This document shows, piece by piece, positions 1 through 7,262 of a DNA stretch of 32,000 bases. The position numbers and the translations under genes were made by a program. The stretch is from the NCBI GenBank assembly GCA_022646745.1, contig CP060262.1, forward strand, positions 2,280,001-2,312,000. The letters run 5' to 3'. Each line of letters opens with the position of its first letter. Within the stretch, counting starts at the first letter, position 1. Below the pieces are notes generated by a model, which saw nothing but the letters and a program-made list of their open reading frames with translations, was not told where the DNA came from and searched no databases. Source of the stretch: Planctomycetales bacterium (lineage in GTDB: Bacteria > 4484-113 > JAFGCY01).

Positions 1-1337
1 GGGGCATGATGGGGGCCATCGACGTTGCCGAGATTGACAGCAGCGGCTGGGTGCGCGACTTCACCGTGCACTGCAATGATCCCGAGCATGAGAAGCGCAT
101 CACCGAGGCTGTGCGCGCAATGCCGGGCATCCACGTGCTGGCCGTGTCTGACGAAACCTTCCGCATGCACCTCGGTGGCAAACTGACCGTCGAGAGCAAG
201 CTGCCGATCCACAACCGCGCCCAGTTGTCAATGGCCTATACCCCAGGTGTCGGGCGGGTCTCGCGCTACATCGCGGATGACCCGCAGCGGGCCTGGTCAC
301 TGACGATCAAGGCCCACACCGTTGCCGTGGTGTCCGATGGCAGCGCCGTGCTCGGGCTCGGTGACATCGGGCCGGAGGCGGCGATGCCGGTGATGGAGGG
401 CAAGGCGCAGCTGTTCAAGGAGTTCGGCGGTGTGGATGCCTTCCCGCTCTGCGTCAACACACGCGACCCCGAGGAGATCATCCGCTTCTGCGAACTGATC
501 GCGCCGACCTTCGGCGGGATCAACCTGGAGGACATCTCCGCCCCGCGCTGCTTCCAGATCGAGCGCGAGCTGAAGCGGCGCGTTGACATCCCGGTGTTCC
601 ACGACGACCAGCATGGTACTGCGGTGGTGCTGCTGGCCGCTGCCAAGAATGCGCTGAAGCTCGTTGGCAAGGAAATGCAGGACATCCGCGTGGTGGTTGT
701 CGGTGTCGGTGCCGCCGGGGTGGCCTGCAGCAAGATGATGATGGCGGCCGGAGTGCGCGACCTGGTCGGCGTCGACCGCCACGGCATCATCTGCGAAGGG
801 GCGGACTGCCATGGCAGCGCCGTGCACGAGGAGTTCGGGCGCGCCACCAATCCGCGCCGGATCGAGGGCAGCATAGAGGAGGCGCTGCGCGGTGCCGACC
901 TGCTGGTCGGGCTGTCATCCGCCGGCGCGGTGCGGCCGGAGTGGGTGCGCAACATGGCAAAGGACCCGATCGTGTTCACGATGGCCAACCCGGTGCCGGA
1001 GGTGATGCCGGAGGAGATCGAGGAATATGCAGCCGTTGTGGCAACGGGGCGCAGCGACTACCCGAACCAGATCAACAACGTGCTCGCCTTCCCGGGGATC
1101 TTCCGCGGCGCACTGGATGCGCATGCGACGGACATCAACGAGGAGATGAAACTGGCGGCGGCGGAGGCGATCGCGGCCTGCGTGGACCCGAAGCGCCTCA
1201 GCCGGGACTACATCATCCCATCACTGTTCAACAAGCATGTGGCCCGCGAGGTGACACGTGCGGTGGTGCACGCTGCGCATGAGACGGGAGTGGCACAGCG
1301 CAGGCGTAAGCCGACGCAGATCATGCCGAAGGTATGA
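1..1337 (+). CDS. NAD(P)-dependent malic enzyme, probably truncated at the 5' window edge
   Basis: ORF 6..1337, with the frame open back to base 1. Malic-enzyme signatures are present: AYTPGVGRV, VVSDGSAVLGLGDIG, FGGINLEDISAPRCF, VFHDDQHGTAVV, a GVGAAG Rossmann loop, FTMANPVPE and NNVLAFPGIFRGALD. They follow an ACT-like N-terminal segment that appears cut by the window start. Confidence 0.9.
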   Translation, partial: GMMGAIDVAEIDSSGWVRDFTVHCNDPEHEKRITEAVRAMPGIHVLAVSDETFRMHLGGKLTVESKLPIHNRAQLSMAYTPGVGRVSRYIADDPQRAWSLTIKAHTVAVVSDGSAVLGLGDIGPEAAMPVMEGKAQLFKEFGGVDAFPLCVNTRDPEEIIRFCELIAPTFGGINLEDISAPRCFQIERELKRRVDIPVFHDDQHGTAVVLLAAAKNALKLVGKEMQDIRVVVVGVGAAGVACSKMMMAAGVRDLVGVDRHGIICEGADCHGSAVHEEFGRATNPRRIEGSIEEALRGADLLVGLSSAGAVRPEWVRNMAKDPIVFTMANPVPEVMPEEIEEYAAVVATGRSDYPNQINNVLAFPGIFRGALDAHATDINEEMKLAAAEAIAACVDPKRLSRDYIIPSLFNKHVAREVTRAVVHAAHETGVAQRRRKPTQIMPKV

Positions 1338-1340
1338 GGC

Positions 1341-4112
1341 TTACTTGAGCGTCCACTTGATGTTGACGTTCTCGAAGTCGTCATCCATCTGCGATACCTC
1401 AGCTTTCGCCTCATATGAATTGCCGTTGTAATGGACTGTTACGTAGACGGTCCTGCCAATGAACTGGCTGCAGGGTGCCCTGATTCCATCCCACTGGTAG
1501 TCATACTGGCTGTTGCTGGCCTGGTACCAGTCTCCGCCCAGACTGAAGAAGACCTTGTCAAGGGTCACATCAACGCACATCAACTGCAGTTGCCATTCCG
1601 TATTCTCACGCTTGTATATGTCACCTTTCAATCCCTTGATCCCGAGCGTGGCGGAAATCACCTTGCCTGCGTCCGGGGTTGGATTTCCCTTGTTGCCATC
1701 CTTGCGAGGCTGCTGCTTGTCGCCTCCCTTGTTTCGCGGGGCAGTCTTGCGAGAATTATCCGGCAGCTCAACATTCACATTGAACCATTTCTCGGTTCGG
1801 GAACCGGATTCATCCACCACGAGCAGTCCGATGTTGTAATCCGCGCTCTTGTTGACGTAGAAATACTCGCCGGTCAGGCTGGCCGGGTCGCGCCAGCCAC
1901 CGCCATCGGGTATCCAATAGGTGTACTGCACGATCTTGTATCCCTTCGGTGAATAGCTCTTTGAGCAGTCAAGGACGAGGTAATATCTGCCTGATTCCTG
2001 GAGAACCCTGTAGGTCAGCTTGGGTACCGGGCCCAGGTCGCGGTCATTGTCATTCCTGTTATCCTCTGACTTGAGCGTGATGCTGAAGTACTGTGTGTCT
2101 GACATGCCCCACTCGTCAACAACCTTCAAGCCTATCTTATAGACCCCAGCCTTCTTGAACAGCACCTTGTAGGCATACGTGTTGGCCTTTGTGATGTCCT
2201 TCCAGGCTCCATCAGGTAAGTGCAGGTGATACTCAGTGATCAGGCTTCCTTCCGGAGAATATGAATCCTGGACGTTGAAGCTGACCTTGTATTCACCTTC
2301 AGGTTCGGGGCTGATTGAGCACTTGAGCACCGGGACAGGAATGCTCATCTTGATCCTTGGAATGACTGGATCATTTTCCTGGTAACTCGGGCGCTTTGCC
2401 GATTGGCGATTATTCCCACCCGGCTCTTCTGGCGGTGTTTCCTTATCAACATCGTCTGCTGAATCAACGATGGCCTCAGAAACTTCTATGGTAACTGAGC
2501 TAGCGTCGAACTGGCCGTCCGCATTCCAGACACGAAGCATCGCCCTGTAGGTTCCGGGTTCACTGTAGACAGTACTTGCGGTGGTGTTGTCCCAGACGGT
2601 TCCGGAGAATCCATTGTCAAACTCATATGATGTGATGTCACCTTCGCTGCTGCTGAAGTCAAACTGGACTTCCAGCGGAGCAATACCGCTGGTTCTGCTG
2701 GCACCGAGTATCGCCTTAAGTGAAGCATCACTGTCATCCGGCAGTTCGTTGAGCTGGGCCGGGGGCAGTACCTTGACCGTGGCGGAGCTGAAGCTGATCC
2801 TGCCGTAGTCGTCGGTTACACGCAGTGTGACCTTGTACGTGCCCGGCGATTCATATGTCAGTGATGTTGCCGGCGGGGAATCCTGCAGGTTGCCAATCCC
2901 GTTGCTGATCTCATATTCCAGTGCGCTGGACGGATAGATCGCCTCACTGCCGGTGGCGTCCACGCTGACAGTTAGCGGGGCTGGACCTTCGAGGGGAAAC
3001 ACCCTGAGCCTTGCCACGGGAGGCATTGCCATCGGCCTCGGGCTGACATTGATTGTCAGCGCGCTTTCGCTGTGCCGGCCGGCGGTGTCCCATACCTGCA
3101 GCCTTGCCATGTAACTGCCCGGCTGATCATATACGTGCACGGCTGAGGGGCCACTGCTCACAAAGTTTCCATCCCCGTAGTCAAACTTGTAGTCCGTGAT
3201 GATCGAACTGCCCATTGCGGAACTGTCCATGAAGCTGAAGCTGACATCCAGCGGGGCCATTCCGCTTTCAGTGCTGGCGGTGATCACCGCCAGCGGTTGC
3301 TCATTGATCGGTTTTCCGCCTTCTGCAGGGTCCGTGACAACAATCCGGATCCTGACCGTATCCTCCCTCAGTGATCCGAGATGCGACGGATCAGTCTCGC
3401 CGGGCAGTTCCGTCATGACCAGCTCGGCAATGTAAGTCCCTGGTGTGTCGTAGACATAATGCTGCACCCGCATCAGCGGTTCCAGAGTCACGGAATCCTT
3501 GTTTGCTGCGTCAGGTTTCAGCAGGTACCTGACTTCCCTGCCTGAAAAGGACCTGCTCTTGCTGAAATCGAACCTGACCGCGAGTGGTGCCGGACCCCGG
3601 GTCACGTCCGCATCCATGATGGCAACGGGCTTGCGCGTGGAACCGGGGTTTCCGCCTGTCTTGTACTGCCCGCTCGCGCCGTAGTAATAATCAGGCCTTG
3701 GTTCGGATCTGTTCTCAACGACGGTGACACGGCTGATCCGCTGGGCCGTTAGTCCATGTTCGTCCGTCACAACCAGCCTAACTTCATATGTTCCGGGGCT
3801 GACGAATTCAATGGTGGTGCTGCCGTAATTCTCCCGCAGTTGGCCATCACCCGGGTCAAACTCATACTTGACAATCATGCTGCCATCGCTACCTGTACTT
3901 CCAGTGAACGTGAATGTGACAGCCTGTGGCTGGACAATGGGCAGGTTGATGTCCACATCCGGACTTATCACTGCAGTCGGCTGGGACTGGGCAGCGGCAG
4001 GGCAGGGGCAAAGCAGCACTCCTGTCACTGCAATCAGCACCAGTGCTGCAGGTATGGACCTGAACCAGCGCCGTAGCATGTGCAATGCTGAATCCGGCTT
4101 GAGGATTGCCAT
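1341..4112 (-). CDS. Secreted multi-PKD-domain protein (about 7 PKD-like repeats) with an unrecognised C-terminal domain
   Basis: 923-aa ORF with an N-terminal hydrophobic signal-like segment (IPAALVLIAVTGVLLCPCPAAAQ). It carries repeated ~85-aa units with PKD hallmarks (APLxVxFDFSxS ... YxFDxGDG ... PGTYxVxLxVxDxxG). The last ~110 aa (two Cys, WTLK end) match no family I recognise. Confidence 0.85.
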   Translation of the reverse strand: MAILKPDSALHMLRRWFRSIPAALVLIAVTGVLLCPCPAAAQSQPTAVISPDVDINLPIVQPQAVTFTFTGSTGSDGSMIVKYEFDPGDGQLRENYGSTTIEFVSPGTYEVRLVVTDEHGLTAQRISRVTVVENRSEPRPDYYYGASGQYKTGGNPGSTRKPVAIMDADVTRGPAPLAVRFDFSKSRSFSGREVRYLLKPDAANKDSVTLEPLMRVQHYVYDTPGTYIAELVMTELPGETDPSHLGSLREDTVRIRIVVTDPAEGGKPINEQPLAVITASTESGMAPLDVSFSFMDSSAMGSSIITDYKFDYGDGNFVSSGPSAVHVYDQPGSYMARLQVWDTAGRHSESALTINVSPRPMAMPPVARLRVFPLEGPAPLTVSVDATGSEAIYPSSALEYEISNGIGNLQDSPPATSLTYESPGTYKVTLRVTDDYGRISFSSATVKVLPPAQLNELPDDSDASLKAILGASRTSGIAPLEVQFDFSSSEGDITSYEFDNGFSGTVWDNTTASTVYSEPGTYRAMLRVWNADGQFDASSVTIEVSEAIVDSADDVDKETPPEEPGGNNRQSAKRPSYQENDPVIPRIKMSIPVPVLKCSISPEPEGEYKVSFNVQDSYSPEGSLITEYHLHLPDGAWKDITKANTYAYKVLFKKAGVYKIGLKVVDEWGMSDTQYFSITLKSEDNRNDNDRDLGPVPKLTYRVLQESGRYYLVLDCSKSYSPKGYKIVQYTYWIPDGGGWRDPASLTGEYFYVNKSADYNIGLLVVDESGSRTEKWFNVNVELPDNSRKTAPRNKGGDKQQPRKDGNKGNPTPDAGKVISATLGIKGLKGDIYKRENTEWQLQLMCVDVTLDKVFFSLGGDWYQASNSQYDYQWDGIRAPCSQFIGRTVYVTVHYNGNSYEAKAEVSQMDDDFENVNIKWTLK

Positions 4113-4113
4113 T

Positions 4114-5472
4114 CTACTTCTCCAGTTCTTTGATTAACTTCTGTGCATCAACCAGATTTGCTGGATCGTCCTTGAGGAATGTCGCCGCCAGTCTTGCATA
4201 CTTGAGTGCCGCCTGGTCATTGCCTGCAAGGTGGTAGGCATTGGCAAGGTTGAAATACGACAATCCGTCTGTCGGGTCCTCCTCTATCAGTTGATTGAGG
4301 ATTTCCACAGCCATTGCCAGATCTCCACTCATGCCATAGCCAATAGCCAGCCTGAACCGGCTGTTGTAGTCGTCCGGTACAGCCTCGGCTGCCTTCGACA
4401 GAAGAGGCAGGCCCTCTTCCGCATTGCCAAGGTGCATCAGGCATGATCCGAGCAGGGACATCGCTTGATAGTTTCCCTGATTAAGCTCCAGAGCCTTTCG
4501 CAAGACTGATTCAGCCCTTTCAAATTCCCCGACCGTGAGCAGCAGGGAACCCTTCACGCCCAGGAGGTAGCTTGAATCATCGAAGAACCGAAGTGCTGTA
4601 TTTACAGCTTTCGTCAGACTGTCATCCATGCCGGCATTCTGCAGGTCTTGGATATACCGTTCATGCGATGAAATCACGTTTGGCTGGATTTCCAGCATCT
4701 TCCCGGCATAATCCGCCGCAGGTTCCCAGTCCGCTTTCAGTTCACTGATTGCCCGAAGGCTATCATATGCGTCATGATTGCCGGGGTCGATTTCCAGCAT
4801 CTGATCAGCTACCCTGCGGGCATCTTCAAGCTGGCCTGCCTCGATGAGTGCAGACGAGTAGTATCCGTTCAACAGCAGATTATCTGGATACTCCCGTAGC
4901 AGTGCTGCCAGCATAGCTATCGCCTCATCCTGCCTGCCGTTGAGGTTTCCTTCAACCGCGAGTACATAGCGTGCCATCAGGCTGCCCGGAGATCGCTCAA
5001 GCACCTGATGGAGCGGCAACCTGATTTCTGCTCCATCCGCCCCGGACAGCAGCTTGCCCAAGGCACCAATGATCAGCGGCAAATCCTCATCAGGAGCCAT
5101 TACCTGTGCGCGTTTTGACAATGCGCTTATCTCGACTATGGCGTCATTCTTGTTTTGCGCAGACTGGCTGTACTTGATACGTCTGAACTGAACCATGCTG
5201 AGCAGGCACGCAGCCAGCGGTGTGGGACGTTCATTCCAGTTTTCCCGCAGCTGTTCCTCAATCGCATCCCACTCCTGTGGCGGCTTGGTCCACCACGGAA
5301 TCAGCCAGCCCTGGCCATCATCTAACTGTTGCAGCAGGTCGGACAGCACGGGATCTTCTATGCCTGGCAGGGATTGCCATTCCGAGCTGGCAGCTGCGGT
5401 GTTTCCAGGTGTTGCAAGAATCAGAAGCGCCGATGCGACAAGGCAATTGAATGCAGCAAGAATGAACCTCAA
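4114..5472 (-). CDS. Exported TPR-repeat protein
   Basis: 452-aa ORF with a TTG start preceded by GAGGGAGAG and an N-terminal signal-like segment (LVASALLILATPGNTAAA). Repeated 34-aa TPR-like helices occur throughout (e.g. AIAMLAALLREYPDN, ARRVADQMLEIDPGN, AESVLRKALELNQGN, LAMAVEILNQLIEEDPTD). Its stop lies 1 nt before the PKD gene start. Confidence 0.8.
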   Translation of the reverse strand: MRFILAAFNCLVASALLILATPGNTAAASSEWQSLPGIEDPVLSDLLQQLDDGQGWLIPWWTKPPQEWDAIEEQLRENWNERPTPLAACLLSMVQFRRIKYSQSAQNKNDAIVEISALSKRAQVMAPDEDLPLIIGALGKLLSGADGAEIRLPLHQVLERSPGSLMARYVLAVEGNLNGRQDEAIAMLAALLREYPDNLLLNGYYSSALIEAGQLEDARRVADQMLEIDPGNHDAYDSLRAISELKADWEPAADYAGKMLEIQPNVISSHERYIQDLQNAGMDDSLTKAVNTALRFFDDSSYLLGVKGSLLLTVGEFERAESVLRKALELNQGNYQAMSLLGSCLMHLGNAEEGLPLLSKAAEAVPDDYNSRFRLAIGYGMSGDLAMAVEILNQLIEEDPTDGLSYFNLANAYHLAGNDQAALKYARLAATFLKDDPANLVDAQKLIKELEK

Positions 5473-5622
5473 GATTGCTCTCCCTCAGAATTCCCGTGGC
5501 AGGTACCTACAGGTTGATATGGACAAGCATCCGTTGCAGAATCATAGCAAATCGGCTGGTAGTGGGTAAAGCGTTTGTGACTCCACCTGGCATTCGCTTG
5601 CTTTACCACGATCTGCACGGGG

Positions 5623-5669
5623 ATAAATGGCTCCGGCGACTGGACTCGAACCAGTAACCTAACGGTTAA
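5623..5669 (-). repeat. Perfect 47-bp direct copy of the 3' half of tRNA-Asn (identical to 5959..6005)
   Basis: ataaatggctccggcgactggactcgaaccagtaacctaacggttaa occurs at both 5623..5669 and 5959..6005. The copy covers 5 flanking nt, the CCA end, acceptor 3' strand, T arm, variable loop, 3' anticodon stem and part of the loop. Confidence 0.95.
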
Positions 5670-5944
5670 TCCCGCCGCCGGCGGGACTCTGCCATTTCGG
5701 CTGAATCAAGGAATCGCTTGATGCCGCGCTTCTTGATTCGCTTCTCCAGTATCATTGCCTCTGAGCGGGATTCAAGTTCCCCATGCCATAGCAGTTCCCA
5801 GGGACCTGAAAAAACCTTGGTAGTACGGGCTGACTGGTTGTCTGGGTCGTTATGCTGGCGGAGTCTGCGTTCGAGGTTGTCTGTTTGTCCGCAGTAGAAG
5901 CGCTCGGAGGTCTGGCTATAAATGATGTAGACGCAGTAAGCCAT
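5666..5944 (-). CDS. Small GIY-YIG nuclease-superfamily protein (YhbQ/YazA UPF0213-like)
   Basis: 92-aa ORF. It has a GIY-like VYIIYS motif, a YIG-like FYCGQT motif, a conserved Arg-rich helix (LERRLRQHN) and a downstream Glu (EAMILEKRIKK). Size and motif order match the stand-alone URI/GIY-YIG family. Confidence 0.8.
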   Translation of the reverse strand: MAYCVYIIYSQTSERFYCGQTDNLERRLRQHNDPDNQSARTTKVFSGPWELLWHGELESRSEAMILEKRIKKRGIKRFLDSAEMAESRRRRD

Positions 5945-5963
5945 ATTTATGGCCTGAAATAAA

Positions 5964-6038
5964 TGGCTCCGGCGACTGGACTCGAACCAGTAACCTAACG
6001 GTTAACAGCCGTTTGCTCTGCCATTGAGCTACGCCGGA
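5964..6038 (-). tRNA. tRNA-Asn (anticodon GTT), CCA encoded
   Basis: The reverse complement is tccggcgtagctcaatggcagagcaaacggctgttaaccgttaggttactggttcgagtccagtcgccggagcca. It has a 7-bp acceptor stem (tccggcg/cgccgga), D arm gctc/gagc, anticodon arm aacgg-ctGTTaa-ccgtt and T arm ctgg-ttcgagt-ccag. Discriminator G plus CCA follow, and the layout parallels E. coli tRNA-Asn. Confidence 0.95.
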
Positions 6039-6052
6039 ACGATGGGAAAGAG

Positions 6053-6081
6053 ATACTACCGCCAGTGGTTCGTCATGTCAA
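6053..6081 (-). promoter_or_regulatory. Sigma70-type promoter for tRNA-Asn (and possibly the downstream GIY-YIG gene)
   Basis: On the minus strand: TTGACA (6081..6076), a 17-nt spacer, then TAGTAT (6058..6053). This lies about 14 nt upstream of the mature tRNA 5' end, with an A/T-rich tract (aaaaattat) just upstream of the -35. Confidence 0.55.
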
Positions 6082-6412
6082 TAATTTTTGGAGCCAATAT
6101 TGCGGTTTAGTCCAGTCCCTGTTTAGGTGCAGGCCGACCTTTGCTCACTGGAGGGTGAAGGCTGCCACCCCTGATCCGGCGGCCGTTATGATCTGCTCAT
6201 TCTGGCCGGTGATTCAACCAAGCATATGGGATCACCAATAATATCCAGTAAATATTACATTTCGGAGGGGTTTTATAAGATATTGAGCCAGAGCAAGGTG
6301 CTCAATTTGTGAATACGGGCACGAACAGCCGGTTTTGCTGATGTTTCCAAGAATCTCAATTGTTGAGAAAGTGTGACGAAAACCGACGAAAGCTACTCGG
6401 ACTTTCATTATC

Positions 6413-6421
6413 TGATATAAT
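6413..6421 (+). promoter_or_regulatory. Possible extended -10 promoter element (TGaTATAAT) upstream of ORF 6450
   Basis: ctGaTATAAT-type extended -10 lies ~30 nt upstream of the ATG at 6450. No convincing -35 was found. Confidence 0.35.
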
Positions 6422-6449
6422 TCAGCTGATCTAAGTAATTAGGTGAAGC

Positions 6450-6695
6450 ATGCAGGTATTAAAGCTCTATCGCTGGGAGGACAAGGAGCTCTCCCGACCG
6501 GTACGGGAAATTGACCTCCTCAGGGTTGATGACCTCACACGAAACAGCAAGAAGCGGCTGTTTGCATGGAGCGGTGATGAGGACGAGATGAACTACCTGC
6601 TGTATCCCGATTACGGCACTGCCTATCCTGAATTCGACAACCGGATCCAGAAGCAGCGGCCAGGGATCAGGTACCGCTTCGTTCTCAGCGAGTGA
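6450..6695 (+). CDS. Hypothetical small protein (81 aa)
   Basis: ATG preceded by AGGTGA with 5-nt spacing. It lies 26 nt upstream of the Rrf2 gene on the same strand. No recognisable motifs. Confidence 0.5.
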   Translation: MQVLKLYRWEDKELSRPVREIDLLRVDDLTRNSKKRLFAWSGDEDEMNYLLYPDYGTAYPEFDNRIQKQRPGIRYRFVLSE

Positions 6696-6721
6696 GTCCA
6701 TACTTTCTATAGGAAGCTGCT

Positions 6722-7195
6722 TTGATTACAAAGACTAGCGACCTGGGGATCCAGGCAACGCTTTATCTGGCAATGCGGGCTGAAGATACCCCCGTGCCAC
6801 CCAGAGTGATTGCGGAAGTCTGTGAATCCAGTGCCACGTACACTGCCAAGGTGATCCAGCATCTTGTGCGCAGCGGCATCATGCGATCCACCAAGGGCAG
6901 CAAGGGCGGCGTCACGCTGGCCATGCATCCCCGCGAAATCAGCCTGCTGAACATTGTCGAGGCCTGCCAGGGCAAGATCCTCGCCGAATACTGTGAGGAC
7001 TACACGGACGACAGCCGCCTGTGCGGACTGCACAAGGCGATGATGCAGCTAAATGGAGCGATCACGCAGGTGCTGACCCAGTGGACCGTGCAGACCCTGG
7101 TTGACAACCCGACGCCGCATGACTCCGTCCGCGACCACATCAACTGCAAGCTGCGCAACGTCTGTGCGATGTGCAACAACTGCGTATTTGATTGA
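6722..7195 (+). CDS. Rrf2 (BadM/IscR/NsrR) family transcriptional regulator with a Cys-rich C-terminal tail
   Basis: 157 aa with a TTG start. The N-terminal winged-helix region is typical of Rrf2 (YLAMRAEDTPVPPRVIAEVCESSATYTAKVIQHLVRSGIMRSTKGSKGGVTLA). Candidate cluster ligands are C82, C91, C101 and H104, followed by a tail C142-x5-C148-x2-C151-x2-C154. Confidence 0.85.
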   Translation: MITKTSDLGIQATLYLAMRAEDTPVPPRVIAEVCESSATYTAKVIQHLVRSGIMRSTKGSKGGVTLAMHPREISLLNIVEACQGKILAEYCEDYTDDSRLCGLHKAMMQLNGAITQVLTQWTVQTLVDNPTPHDSVRDHINCKLRNVCAMCNNCVFD

Positions 7196-7262
7196 GAAAC
7201 AGGCCAGCTTCATTGGCTGGCCTGCATTTCCATCAGACTTGAATTGACCGGCAACCGGCTGA

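Noticed and set aside
266-988. 240-aa and 176-aa minus-strand ORFs within the malic enzyme gene
   Set aside because: These are antisense shadow ORFs with Ser/Thr/Ala/Pro/Arg-rich composition.
5623-5720. A second functional tRNA gene downstream of the GIY-YIG ORF
   Set aside because: Only the 3' half is intact. The would-be acceptor 5' strand pairs at 5 of 7 positions. The anticodon arm is replaced by a 7-bp/3-nt-loop GC hairpin with no 7-nt anticodon loop, and the region is coding sequence of the GIY-YIG ORF.
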